From assembly GCA_963745835.1 (NCBI GenBank), contig CAVUZH010000018.1, positions 470,441-534,440 of the forward strand: DNA of 64,000 nucleotides, in the 5' to 3' direction. Below are positions 31,607 through 42,495 of the stretch, piece after piece. Origin of the DNA: an uncultured delta proteobacterium (GTDB taxonomy: Bacteria > Desulfobacterota > Binatia > UBA9968). Position numbers and translations under genes: made by a program. The notes beneath the pieces are model-generated. The model was not told the DNA's origin and did not search any database. It worked only from the letters and a program-made list of their open reading frames with translations. Positions within the stretch are counted from its first letter, which is position 1, and each line of letters opens with the position of its first letter.

Positions 31607-33286
31607 TTACTTTTGTGCGGCGGCTTTTCTGCGGCCGATGGCGGCTTCGGCTCTTGGGCTGATGGCGCGCTCGATGGCAACGTTGAGCAGCGCGGGCTTG
31701 CCGCTTGCCATAGCTCGCTGCAGGGCAGGCGCGAGGTCAGTGGCGCGCTCGACGAACTCGCCGTAGCCACCCAAGCCTTTCACCACTTCGTCGTACCGAG
31801 TTTGCAATAAATCAGTGGCGACCGGGCGGCCATAGAGGCCGAGTTGGATTTGCCGGTCGATGCCCCACGCCGAATCGTTGCCGAGGATCTCGATGATGTT
31901 GAGCTTGTGGCGCACCGCGGTGTCGAACTCCATGGCATTGAAACCGAAAGCGCCGTCGCCGCTGAGCACGAAGACGCGCGAATCAGGATAAGCGACTTTC
32001 GCGGCGAGCGCCGAGGGCAACGAGGAACCGAGCATACCCAAACTCGACACGTTCAACCAGCGTTTCGGCTTCAGCGCCGGTAAATAGGAGCGGCCGAAAT
32101 GGCAAAAATCGCCGCCGTCGAAGATCAGACAGTCGTCGGGCTTGAGAATCGATTTGAGCGTCTTGTGCACGTAGAGCGCGTGCATCGGCGCCGTGCGCTG
32201 AATCAATTTCTCTGCCCACTCGGCTTGGGCCGCGCGAGCGGCGCGCAATTCTTCTATCCATGGGAGCTCTTTCCACTGGTGATTGGCCGCCTCGTTGTTC
32301 AGCTGGTCAACAATGCTGGTGACGTCGCCGACTATGCCAACATCGACGCCGCGATTACGGCCGATCTCCAACGGCGAAGGATCGATCTGGATGATTTTTG
32401 CATTCGCCGCAATATGCGGCGGGCGGCAAAAGCCGATGATGAAGTCCTGTTTGCGGCCCAACAGCACGACGACATCGGCGTCGCGCACTTTGGCCGCGGC
32501 GCGATTGAGTCCGCGCTCGAAATAGCCGAAGACGTAGGGGTGATCGTCGCCGACGATGCCGCGCGATTGCTCTTCGGTGACCAGCGGCATCTTGGTCGTT
32601 TCGATGAAGCGCTGCAACGATTCACCAGATAGCGTGTAACCGGCGGCCGTGCCGGCGATCAGCAGCGGCCGCTCGGCTCGATTTAACAAAGCTATCGCTT
32701 TGCGCACCCGCTCGGAATCGGTTAACTGCGGCGCGTTGGGGCGATAGCCGTCGCGCTCGATGAACACGACGTCGTCTTCCTCGACACTCTGCTCCTGAAT
32801 ATCGATGGGAATGGTCAAATGCACCGGCCCGCGCCGGCCGCTGAACGCCAGGCGCATGGCGCGGGCGATGAATTCCGGGATTCGTTTCACGTTGTCGACC
32901 AGGAACGACCCTTTGGTCACCGGCGCGGCCATGTGAACCTGATCGATCTCCTGCTGTGCGCCGCGCCCCAAGTCGTGCATATCGGCCGAGCCGGCGATCG
33001 ATAGGATCGGCGCTTCGGTGTGAAGCGCATTGGTCAAGCCGGGGATGGCATTGGCAAAGCCGGGAGTCGTGTACATGCAAACGCCCGGCTGTTCGGTGAG
33101 CCGTGCCCAGGCGTCGGCCATATGCACGGCGGCCTGCTCGTGGCGCGTGTCGATGATGCGAAAGTCCTGATCGGACATCACGTCGAGCAGCGGCAGAATA
33201 TGGTCGCCGGCGAGGCCGAAGATGTTCTTGACGCCTTCGAGTTTGAGGGCTCTGCAGATAAGATGACTTCCGGTGACTTGGGCCAT
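31607..33286 (-). CDS. ThDP-dependent enzyme (acetolactate synthase/IlvB-like family)
   Basis: TRHEQAAVHMAD, GDGAFGF...GNDSAWG. Confidence 0.93.
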   Translation of the reverse strand: MAQVTGSHLICRALKLEGVKNIFGLAGDHILPLLDVMSDQDFRIIDTRHEQAAVHMADAWARLTEQPGVCMYTTPGFANAIPGLTNALHTEAPILSIAGSADMHDLGRGAQQEIDQVHMAAPVTKGSFLVDNVKRIPEFIARAMRLAFSGRRGPVHLTIPIDIQEQSVEEDDVVFIERDGYRPNAPQLTDSERVRKAIALLNRAERPLLIAGTAAGYTLSGESLQRFIETTKMPLVTEEQSRGIVGDDHPYVFGYFERGLNRAAAKVRDADVVVLLGRKQDFIIGFCRPPHIAANAKIIQIDPSPLEIGRNRGVDVGIVGDVTSIVDQLNNEAANHQWKELPWIEELRAARAAQAEWAEKLIQRTAPMHALYVHKTLKSILKPDDCLIFDGGDFCHFGRSYLPALKPKRWLNVSSLGMLGSSLPSALAAKVAYPDSRVFVLSGDGAFGFNAMEFDTAVRHKLNIIEILGNDSAWGIDRQIQLGLYGRPVATDLLQTRYDEVVKGLGGYGEFVERATDLAPALQRAMASGKPALLNVAIERAISPRAEAAIGRRKAAAQK

Positions 33287-34039
33287 GACTGTCTCCTTTT
33301 GGCTTGCGCACGCTTGATGGAAGAATATCCTGCGTGGAAGAATATAACGAGGGGTTGTTTTGTCCTTTGTAGCGCATCCCGAGCCAACGATAACACAAAC
33401 GAAAACCTAAACCGTGAAAAATTGGTTACTGAATTGCAACTTTGGTTTCAAAAGATTAGGACCTCGAGGGCAGCAAAAATTGTAGCGCGCGTGGGAATGC
33501 TAAAGTGATAGCTTGCATCATTGAAGCCCGAGCGAGGCGTCATGGCAGTAAATATCCATGCATTGAAAGAGCTGACTCCACCGCGGGCATGCCGTTCAAG
33601 ATACAGCGCTTTAGCCACGCGGTGATCTAGAACGACGCGCGCGCACTAGGCTCAGAATCGGTACTTTTGGTTCGACTCAACTGCCTGGCGGGAAGTGCGT
33701 CTTTTTTGTCTATACCCATCAAAACGTCACAATTGTGGAGCGACGGTTTCGGCGGATGACGCTCACAATAGCCGCAGCCTTGTGCCGCACTGATTACACG
33801 GCAGAAGTAGCAAGCCGTGGGACTCTCTCGCTCATTTGCAGGGACAGCCTCAAACCGCTCGCGCGCTGCTACGTATTGTGATCTGACTTTGCTCCGATTG
33901 CGACGCCTCGAAGCAACTACTAAGCGGTCGATTGACTCGAGGTGGGACAAGCTGCAGCAGGGCGACGAAGACTAGATTGACTCGGCGGAACTGTTAAGCT
34001 TCAAGACGCGGGCCAATCGCGCTGACCGAAAGTAATTCG

Positions 34040-35365
34040 GTGACAAAGAACCACGCAGTCGAAATTCTATCAATCGAGGGACGGGAGGTCCGAGTGACCA
34101 ACCCCGACAAACCCTATTTTTCCAAGCAGACTAAGCTCTCGAAACTCGATCTCGTTCGCTACTATCTGTCGGTTGCGCCGGGAGCTTTGGCTGGGATCCG
34201 CGATCGCCCCGTGGTTCTCAAGCGTTTCGTCGATGGCGCCGAAGCCGAGGCGTTCTATCAGAAACGCGCCCCCGCCAATCGGCCCTCGTGGTTGCGAACG
34301 GTGACGTTGTCGTTTCCTTCGGGACGCAAAGCGGAAGAAGTCGTAGTCGATGACGCGGCGGGACTTGCGTGGATTGTGAACCTGGGTTGCATCGAGCTCC
34401 ATCCACACCCGGTGCGTTCCGCCAATCTTGAGCATCCGGACGAGTTGCGCGTCGATCTCGATCCAATTCCCGGCGTCGAATGGGAGGACGTTCGCCGTGT
34501 TGCGCTTGAGGTGAAGTCTTTTCTCGATGAGATGGGTCTTCGTGGCTGGCCTAAGACCAGCGGTTCACGGGGAATGCACGTCAATGTTCGGATCGAACCG
34601 CGCTGGACGTTCCTCGAGGTGCGCCGCGCCGCGCTGGCATTGTCGCGCGCCGTCGAGCGGCGTCTACCGACTCTGGCCAGCTCGAAGTGGTGGAAGGAGG
34701 AGCGTCACGGCGTTTTCCTCGATTATAACCAGAATGCCAAAGACCGTACCACTTGCTCTGCGTATTCGGTGCGCCCGCTTCCCGATGCTCGGGTATCCAC
34801 ACCACTTAGCTGGAACGAAGTCCCCGATTGCAATCCCGCCGAGTTCACGGTGCTCACCGTTCCCAAGCGCTTGGCCGAGCTCGGTGATCCACACGCAGAC
34901 ATGGACGCAGCGGCGGGCTCGCTCGAGAAGCTGCTCGAGCTCGCGGCAGAAGACGAGGCGGCCGGCCTCGGCGACGCGCCGTGGCCGCCACACTTTCGTA
35001 AGATGGAGGGCGAAGCGCCGCGTGTGCAGCCTTCGCGCGCCCGATCGGCGAGGAAGAAAACGATCGTCAAGAAGCCACGGACCAGGGCGCCGCTTCTGGT
35101 GGTCGCGAATTCTCCAAGCAGAGAAGCAGCCCTCGCCGGTCTGGAAAGATGGAATAGGAAACATCCCGAAGTGGCTGCGCTTCTCGCGTTGGATGACGTG
35201 CTGATCGACTCCATGCGCGGCCGCTCGTCCACCTGGACGCGCATCCGAGTGAACCTGCGAAATGTGCCGGAAGAAATGCGCCCCGCGCAAGAAACCCCCG
35301 ACCCTGACGATGACCCCACCCGTGAATGGCGTGAACGGCGCGCTACGAAGGAGGATGGGAGTTAG
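34040..35365 (+). CDS. LigD-type primase-polymerase domain protein with C-terminal extension
   Basis: VTNPDK, FYQKRAP, HPDELRVDLDP, KTSGSRGMHV, FLDYNQNAKDRT, AYSVR. Confidence 0.9.
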   Translation: MTKNHAVEILSIEGREVRVTNPDKPYFSKQTKLSKLDLVRYYLSVAPGALAGIRDRPVVLKRFVDGAEAEAFYQKRAPANRPSWLRTVTLSFPSGRKAEEVVVDDAAGLAWIVNLGCIELHPHPVRSANLEHPDELRVDLDPIPGVEWEDVRRVALEVKSFLDEMGLRGWPKTSGSRGMHVNVRIEPRWTFLEVRRAALALSRAVERRLPTLASSKWWKEERHGVFLDYNQNAKDRTTCSAYSVRPLPDARVSTPLSWNEVPDCNPAEFTVLTVPKRLAELGDPHADMDAAAGSLEKLLELAAEDEAAGLGDAPWPPHFRKMEGEAPRVQPSRARSARKKTIVKKPRTRAPLLVVANSPSREAALAGLERWNRKHPEVAALLALDDVLIDSMRGRSSTWTRIRVNLRNVPEEMRPAQETPDPDDDPTREWRERRATKEDGS

Positions 35366-35431
35366 CGCTGAATCTTCATGCAACGAGGAAACACTCGCAA
35401 AATATCCATCTAAGAATTTCTCCCACGTAGC

Positions 35432-36205
35432 ATGCCCGAATCAATCCGCGTCGAACAGCTTTCCAAGCTATACCGGTCCAGGGATGGGACCGAAGTCGAG
35501 GCGCTTCGCGACGTCTCCTTCACGGTAGGGCGCGGCGAGTTTGTTTCGATAGTCGGCCAAAGCGGCTGTGGCAAGTCGAGCTTGCTGAAAATTCTTGCGG
35601 GCCTTCTTTCCAAGACCAGCGGCGTGATCTCTATCGAAGATCGCGAGCTGGATGGACCTCGCAGCGATATCGGTCTCATGTTCCAGAAGCCGCTGCTGCT
35701 GGAATGGCGCCGCGTGCTGGATAACGTATTGCTGCCGGTGGAGATCTATCGGCTCGATCGGAAAAAATATGAGGAGAAAGCGCGCAGGCTACTCGGCACC
35801 GCCGGTCTAGCGGATTTCCTCACGAAGTATCCATTCGAGCTTTCCGGCGGCATGCAGCAACGGGTTGCCCTCTGCCGCGCGCTCGTGGCGGAGCCTTCGC
35901 TCCTTTTGATGGACGAACCTTTCGGCGCGCTCGACACACTGACCCGGCAAAAAATGGGTTTTGAGCTACTTCGGTTGTGGGAAGAATGGAAGAGCACGGT
36001 CTTGTTCGTCACCCACGACGTTGACGAGGCTGTCATGCTCTCCGACAAGGTTCTGGTGATGTCTTCCCGTCCTGGAACAGTCCTGGGCTCGTTTAGCGTC
36101 GATCTCGCGCGACCGCGTCAGATCTTCATCAAAGACACTGCTGAGTTCATCCGGATTAGCAGCCGCATCCGGCGCTGTCTGTGGGAGGAAGTCGCCGATG
36201 CTTGA
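35432..36205 (+). CDS. NitT/TauT ABC transporter ATPase
   Basis: GQSGCGKS, LSGGMQQR, LLMDEPFGALD, VTHD. Confidence 0.95.
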   Translation: MPESIRVEQLSKLYRSRDGTEVEALRDVSFTVGRGEFVSIVGQSGCGKSSLLKILAGLLSKTSGVISIEDRELDGPRSDIGLMFQKPLLLEWRRVLDNVLLPVEIYRLDRKKYEEKARRLLGTAGLADFLTKYPFELSGGMQQRVALCRALVAEPSLLLMDEPFGALDTLTRQKMGFELLRLWEEWKSTVLFVTHDVDEAVMLSDKVLVMSSRPGTVLGSFSVDLARPRQIFIKDTAEFIRISSRIRRCLWEEVADA

Positions 36206-36968
36206 GGCGCTTCAAGCCGGAAGAGTCGCGCGCGTAACTATTTTCTATGCCGGCGCGATACTTCTCTGGGAAGTGCTGGTCAAGCTGCTCCAGGTGCCGG
36301 ACTGGCTTGTACCCGCGCCTTCTCAGATCGTCGACGTCATCATCGACAAGAACTCGGTGATGCTGTCGCACACCCTGGTAACGTTGTACGAAAGCGTGCT
36401 GGGCTTTGCTCTCGCTTTGGTGCTCGGCGTTATTTGCGCAATCGGGATCGTCCACTTTCCGCTCCTGCGTGACACGCTCTATCCGGGATTGATCATGTTT
36501 AACTCTTTCCCCAAGGTCGCGATCGCGCCTCTGTTCGTCGTATGGATCGGCATCGGCATCGAATCGAAGATCGCCAACGCCTTCCTCACGGCAGTGTTTC
36601 CGATCGTGCTTAATACCATCATGGGGCTAACCAACATGGATCCGGAATTGCTCGAGCTGGTTCGTTCGATGTCGAAGAGTCGCTGGGTCTTGTTCTGGAA
36701 AATTCGCCTGCCCCATTCGCTCCCTTATCTTTTTGCCGGATGCAAGATCGCGATCTCGTTGGCCGTCATCGGAGCGATCGTCGGAGAATTCATCTCGGGA
36801 AGGTCCGGGCTGGGCTACCTGGTGCTCTCCGCCAACAACTATTTCAATACGCCGATGGCCTTTACCGCGCTTCTCTACCTGGTGTTGATGTCACTGGCGC
36901 TTTACGGCTTGGTGATTTTGGCGGAGAAACTCATCCTTCCCTGGTCGCGCCGGGAAACTGCTGGGTGA
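36198..36968 (+). CDS. NitT/TauT ABC transporter permease
   Basis: VPAPSQI, PKVAIAPL, IRLPHSLPYLF, GAIVGEF. Confidence 0.93.
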   Translation: MLEALQAGRVARVTIFYAGAILLWEVLVKLLQVPDWLVPAPSQIVDVIIDKNSVMLSHTLVTLYESVLGFALALVLGVICAIGIVHFPLLRDTLYPGLIMFNSFPKVAIAPLFVVWIGIGIESKIANAFLTAVFPIVLNTIMGLTNMDPELLELVRSMSKSRWVLFWKIRLPHSLPYLFAGCKIAISLAVIGAIVGEFISGRSGLGYLVLSANNYFNTPMAFTALLYLVLMSLALYGLVILAEKLILPWSRRETAG

Positions 36969-37294
36969 AACGGTCAATGACTCTACTGTTCAAACGTTCA
37001 ACCGCTTCGCTTCGGTTCGAGACGTTAACCATAAATTCTTCCCAATCGTTGACGCTTGCGGAACGAGCTTGGACAGTTCACTCACGGCAGGAAAAAAGAA
37101 CCGCATTCTCAACCGCTTGCAATGGCGCGGTAGATTGGTCATCCACTGCGCCACTCGTCTATGGCGCAATTCAACAATTGGCGGTGATTGACAACCCGCT
37201 CGTCAAGAAGTTAAATCTCGCGCAATCGTGATTTTTGAGCGGCTAATACTAAGTAACTCGGCAGACCAAGAACGGAATTGACGGTGAAGATTGC

Positions 37295-38080
37295 ATGAAG
37301 GAGTATGTAGCGACAGACATCGCTGAATTAATTCGCGCTATAATCGAAATCACGCGAGGGCAGGAAAATTCGCAACAGTGGTGGCGCGGACATGCTGATG
37401 TCAAATGGTCTTTAGTACCGAGCCTTTATAGAAGAGGTTTCGAGAGTAAGGAGAGCAACATCAACGCTCGATTCATGATGAAGGCCAAGCCGCGATATCC
37501 CAACTGTCCCAGCAACAGCGATGCCTTCTCTTGGCTGTTTCTAATGCAGCACTATCGCCTTCCTACGCGCTTGTTAGATTGGTCAGAGTCACCCTTGGTC
37601 GCAATGTACTTTGCCATAGCCGCGGACGCGGGCCATGGTACCGATGGAGCACTCTGGGCACTTACGCCCACGGGACTGAATCTCCACCAACTGAAAAGGG
37701 AGGCGATCTGCATGCCAGGCAGCAGCGAGCTTAGGAAATTGGCTCGTGACGCCTTCTTGGGAAATAAGGAAGGTCCGGATCGAAGGATTCTCTCCGTGCT
37801 AACAGAGCAAACCGATTTGCGGCATATGGTGCAACAGTCCGTTTTCACCATTCACGGGTGTGCTACTCCGATAAACGAGCTGCCGGAATCCAGCGCCTAT
37901 TTGGCCAAGATCCGAATCCCTGTAACCGTCAAGCCTGCTTTTCAGCAAGTGCTGACCCTGTTTGGAATTTCGCGTTCTGGTTTGTTTCCCGATCTTGAAA
38001 ACTTAGCGGCGGAACTGGGATCACTGGACTTTGTGTTGCATGCCGCGGAAACCGCTCAGATCGACCGCCTGCGCGATTGA
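37295..38080 (+). CDS. FRG domain protein
   Basis: WWRGHA, LVPSLYR, MQHYRLPTRLLDWSESPLVAMYFA, QQSVFT, LFPDL. Confidence 0.9.
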   Translation: MKEYVATDIAELIRAIIEITRGQENSQQWWRGHADVKWSLVPSLYRRGFESKESNINARFMMKAKPRYPNCPSNSDAFSWLFLMQHYRLPTRLLDWSESPLVAMYFAIAADAGHGTDGALWALTPTGLNLHQLKREAICMPGSSELRKLARDAFLGNKEGPDRRILSVLTEQTDLRHMVQQSVFTIHGCATPINELPESSAYLAKIRIPVTVKPAFQQVLTLFGISRSGLFPDLENLAAELGSLDFVLHAAETAQIDRLRD

Positions 38081-38621
38081 TTTCTCCATCAACTAATTGA
38101 CTGAATTGTCCGCCTTCTGTCTGTACAGTAGAAACAAGAAGCCCCAAGGGTCGCCAATTAAGGTAACGCTCAGGGCTTGAAATGCTTGGAATTTACTGCG
38201 GTCTATTGGTTCCTGTCACTGCCTTCTTTGGTGTGCGATTCTAGCGCTCTCCTTACTGAGCTACCCATAAATCTAAGAATGATAACTTGGAACTCGCGGA
38301 AGCTGGCTCGCACGGAAATTGCCGCCTTTGGGTCCGCCTTCTCACCAACTGCTTTTTTACTTCGGCAATTTCGGCGGAGTCGTTGCCTCCGACGCAACTG
38401 AAGCGGTTAACGCTTCCATAAACACGACTAAATCTTTTTGCTCGCCCAGGGATAGATTAGATTGAGCGAGGGTCTTTCGTTCAAGCCACTTCGGTGTGCC
38501 GCCTTTGTTGTAGAACCCCACCACTCTTCCAACGTTCCAACTACGCGCTTAACTGCGCCGCACAAAGAAAAGAGAAGGTAAACTCGTGGGGTAGGGGGGG
38601 GACATGCGGGGACGCTCTTGA

Positions 38622-39026
38622 CTACATGGACAAACTTCGTGTCAGAATCTTTGAAACTCCAGATGCGGAGATACCCACTTGGCGAGCGACTTCGGCGATG
38701 GGCACGCCATAATCCTCCACTAGCCCTTGAACGATCTTCACTCTAGCGGCGGGCAGTTTCCCACGGCGGCTCCCGCTTCGTAGTTCTGTTAGCGATATGC
38801 CGTCCTTCTTGCAGGCCGCGGCAACGAAACGCTCTGTATAGCATTTTGTTTTCTTGAAGGCGTTTTGCCGGATTGTCCGCGCATCTGCTTCTTTTAGAAC
38901 ACGCTCTACAAATGCTCCGCTGCCAAAAATCCGCTCATCAGTTGACTCTTCAGTCCTGCGCCGTGTCCCTTCCTCCGTCTCTATACGATGGCAAAGTTTT
39001 CGTAGATCGAAAGACGCCACCGCCAA
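38622..39026 (-). pseudogene. C-terminal remnant of REP-associated tyrosine transposase (RAYT-type)
   Basis: DERIFGSGAFVERVL..ELRSGSRR..AEVARQVGISASGVSK HTH; no HUH domain; GTCCCC repeats just after the stop. Confidence 0.65.
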
Positions 39027-39126
39027 CGGCGCAATCGCGGGAAGATGGAAAACATCCGGCGCTTGACAAGCAACACTACGCGATTATCTAATGCGCGCGA
39101 TTAAGCCGTAGGAAGGAGAAAACAAT

Positions 39127-40108
39127 ATGCTCCCGGCTTTATTAATAATCCTTGTCGTCGCGGTGATTCCGTCCGAGCTACAGGGCGCAGGAGCGCTATT
39201 CGGTCAGCTATGGCGGCTTCGCCGGCTATCATGCGCCCTTATGGGCTGCCAAGGATCTGGGGCTCTTCGCCAAGCACGGCCTCAACGCCGATCCAGTCAT
39301 GATCGCCGGTTCGGCGCGGGGCATGCAGGCGCTGCTTTCGGGCAGCACCCACTTTGCCCTTGCCGATGCCACTGGTCCGGTAAGCGCGCTCTATCAGGGC
39401 GCCGATGTCGTTCTCGTAGCCAGCGCGATGAACAAATTCCCCTTCAGCATGTACGCCCAGAAAGAGATCACCCGGCACGCCGACCTCAAGGGCAAACGAA
39501 TCGGCATCGCCAGTTTCGGCGGCGCCACGGAATGGGGGCTTAACCTTGGGCTAAGAGAATGGAACATCCCGCGCGATTCAGTCACGGTCACCGCTCACGG
39601 TCCCGGCGCCAACCGGCTTCTGGCGCTGTCGACTAAAGGCGTCGATGCGGCTCTGTTAGCGCCTCCGGAATCGGCCCAGGCAGAGCGCGAAGGAATGCGG
39701 TTTCTCGGCCATTTGAGCGAGCTCAAGGCGAACTTCCCGATGGCGGTGGTGGTCGTGCGCCGCGCCTTTCTGGAAAAAAACCGCGACCCGGTCAAACGTT
39801 TCGTCCAAGCCTATTCGGAGGCGATTCACGAGTTCAAAACGGACAAAGACAAGATGATCGCCGTGTACAACCAGCGGCTCAAACAGAGAAATCCCCAAGT
39901 GATCGAACAGACCTACAGTTATTTCGCGCCGATTTTCTTTTTACCGCCGCGCGTGCCGCTCGACGGCGCCCGCTATACGGTGGAGTTGATCGCGCAACGA
40001 TCGGCGCCGGGCAAGTCGGCGCCCGTTGTCGAGCAATTCGTCGATAACAGCATCGTTGATGAGCTGGAGCGGGAAGGTTTCTTCAAGAAACTTGGCGCGC
40101 GGCGCTAA
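39127..40108 (+). CDS. NMT1/SsuA-like ABC substrate-binding protein, +1 frameshift near 39181-39186
   Basis: AAGGAG RBS and signal peptide in one frame continue as AQERYSVSYGG..GLFAKHGL in the frame of ORF 39299-40108. Confidence 0.8.
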
Positions 40109-40312
40109 AATCCATTCGATTTGCTAGGCCGCAGTAAAGCGTATTTTTTGCTCCACGTGAGAGTTCGTCAAATCGTGCCTGCCACCGGATTGTTGCTGCA
40201 CTCGGTCGCACAAAGCGCGCTAGTGCGGGCAAGGACCTCGCCTTGATTTCACGTATTTGATGGCGGTAAATAGCGGAGGCAAATTCACCCAAGCTGTCCT
40301 CGAGGAGACTCT

Positions 40313-41407
40313 ATGAGCAAGTTCCGCACTGTCGATGCTGACGGCCATGTCGAAGAAGCTCACGTCAATTGGGCAGATCGAATAGCCGAGCCGTACCGAA
40401 AAATGGCGCCCCAACCGCGTCCGGCGACCGACAGCCACTGGCGCCTTGTGATGGAAGGGAAACCGTGGCCGATACCGAACGGCTCGGGCGTCGGCATCGG
40501 TGGACCTTACAGCCGTCCACATCCGCGACGGGACGGAATGAAAGATCCAAACTCACGGCTTGCCGACATGGACAACGAGGGGATTGATCTCGCCGTGCTT
40601 TTCGGCGGCGGCATTGCGGGAACCATTCCGGCTCTTGAAAACGCCGGCTTCGCAACTGCCTTGGCGCGCGCTCGCAATGATTGGCTGGCCGAGTATTGCG
40701 CGGCGAATCCGTCCCGATTAAAAGGTGTTGCCGTCCTTCCCCAACAGGATATCGCCGCATCCGTTGCCGAACTGAAGCGTAGCGTGAGCGAGTTGGGATT
40801 TATTGGCGTGTCTCTGCTGCCCAACCTGCGCGGGCGTCACTTGGGCGATCCATACTTCTTTCCCATCTACGAAGAGGCCGAGCGTTTGAACGTGCCGATA
40901 TGCGTGCACATGTTTCTCGGCCGTTATGGCTCCGAGGCGACCGGCACGACACGCTTCGACAAATTCTTTTATGTCCATCTTTTCGGCCATCCGTTCGAAC
41001 AGATGATCGCATTATCGGTGCTCGCCGGCGAAGGCGTATTGGACCGCTTTCCGAAGCTTCGATTTGTTTTTCTGGAATCCGGCTGCGGCTGGGTGCCTTA
41101 CTGGTTGGATCGTCTCAATGAACACTATGAGGTGCTTGGCGTCCAGCTGCCGGCGCTCAAGACCGAGCCCGGCAAGCTGTTACAGCGCGGGCAACTCTAT
41201 TTCTCATGCGAGCCGGATGAGACCGAGCTGCCCCACGTGGTAGACACGATCGGTGACGACTGGATTGTTTTCGCCTCGGATTACAGCCATTTCGATAGCC
41301 GGTTTCCCGGCGCCTCCGAGCCGATTGTAGAAAACCAAAAGCTCAATGAGGTCGCAAAACGGAAGATTCTCAACGACAACGCGCGCCGGCTTTATCCGCT
41401 TGGTTAA
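40313..41407 (+). CDS. Amidohydrolase_2 family protein
   Basis: VDADGHV, NDWLAEYC, ICVH, LRFVFLESGCGW, FASDYSH. Confidence 0.92.
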   Translation: MSKFRTVDADGHVEEAHVNWADRIAEPYRKMAPQPRPATDSHWRLVMEGKPWPIPNGSGVGIGGPYSRPHPRRDGMKDPNSRLADMDNEGIDLAVLFGGGIAGTIPALENAGFATALARARNDWLAEYCAANPSRLKGVAVLPQQDIAASVAELKRSVSELGFIGVSLLPNLRGRHLGDPYFFPIYEEAERLNVPICVHMFLGRYGSEATGTTRFDKFFYVHLFGHPFEQMIALSVLAGEGVLDRFPKLRFVFLESGCGWVPYWLDRLNEHYEVLGVQLPALKTEPGKLLQRGQLYFSCEPDETELPHVVDTIGDDWIVFASDYSHFDSRFPGASEPIVENQKLNEVAKRKILNDNARRLYPLG

Positions 41408-41416
41408 GGAGCGGCT

Positions 41417-42367
41417 ATGACTCGCCGATCGATTGTCATCGTCTATTTAGCATCGCTGATCCTTGCCGTGCCGCAACTCTGCGCCCAAGCAACCGCTGAA
41501 AACGTGAAGGTCGGCATTCCTTCGCTGACAGTGACGATGATGCCGCTGGCGGTCGCCAAGGAACAAGGATTCTTCGGGCGCGAAGGGCTCAACGTCGACA
41601 TGGTGCTGATGCCGGCAGCACTCAACATGAGAGTACTGCTCGCGGGCGACATTCAGTACGCAACCACGGTTGGATCCGCGGTCGTCGCCGCGGTCCGCGG
41701 CATCAACGCACGCGTGGTGATGTGTTTTGTCGATCGACCGCTCCTCGATCTGGTCTCAGGTCCCGATATCAATGCCATCAAGGATCTCAAAGGTAAACTG
41801 GTTGGGATCTCCTCCCGCGGCGGACTGCACGATGTAACCATGCGCCGCATCTTGATGCAGTCCGGAATGGATCCTGCGCAGACAACCCTCATTACTGTCG
41901 GCGGTCAGGGCGCCATGCTCGCGGCCGTGCAGTCGAGGCGAATCGCCGCCGGATTGCTCAACCCGCCGCATAATTTTATGGCGTATCGCGATGGATTGAA
42001 GAATTTGGGATTTGCCGGCAACTTCGTCCGCATTCCCAGCACCGGGCTCGTGACATTGCGGGAGACCACGGAGCGATCTCCCGATCAGGTGCGGCGCATG
42101 ATCCGCGCCCTGAGCCGCGCGCGAGCTTATTCGCGAGAAAATAAACCTGCCACCGTGGCCATCCTCAAACGTTTTCTGAGACTCGATGACGAGGTGCTGA
42201 TTTCACAGATCTATGATTATCACAGGCAGGCGGAGACTCCGGACGGCCGAATCGATGCCGCATTGGCATCCGAAACCATTCGTGACACCCGGCTTGCGGA
42301 AGGAATCACCCGCGAAATAGATCCGAATCAGGTTTTCGATTTTTCGTATATCGAGTCAAGCCGCTAG
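41417..42367 (+). CDS. NMT1/SsuA-like ABC substrate-binding protein
   Basis: Signal peptide; GFFGREGLNV, KDLKGKLVGIS, VFDFSY. Confidence 0.88.
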   Translation: MTRRSIVIVYLASLILAVPQLCAQATAENVKVGIPSLTVTMMPLAVAKEQGFFGREGLNVDMVLMPAALNMRVLLAGDIQYATTVGSAVVAAVRGINARVVMCFVDRPLLDLVSGPDINAIKDLKGKLVGISSRGGLHDVTMRRILMQSGMDPAQTTLITVGGQGAMLAAVQSRRIAAGLLNPPHNFMAYRDGLKNLGFAGNFVRIPSTGLVTLRETTERSPDQVRRMIRALSRARAYSRENKPATVAILKRFLRLDDEVLISQIYDYHRQAETPDGRIDAALASETIRDTRLAEGITREIDPNQVFDFSYIESSR

Positions 42368-42495
42368 CCGCGCAAGCCCAGCAACAAGCACCTTATTCTT
42401 GATCTTGACTATCGTGATTTGGCAACTCGAAACATTCGTCATTTCAGCCGTGGATCAAGCACCATAGCTGGAATTGAAATTGTTGATCAAAGCCC

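Noticed and set aside
33287-33630. TPP riboswitch upstream of the ThDP enzyme
   Set aside because: CTGAGA and ACCTGAT core motifs not found
32622-35383. Long alternative-frame ORFs (258, 225, 239 aa)
   Set aside because: They overlap well-supported genes and are Arg/Ala-rich GC-bias artefacts
37295-38180. FRG gene as an integron cassette
   Set aside because: No RYYYAAC...GTTRRRY palindrome after its stop
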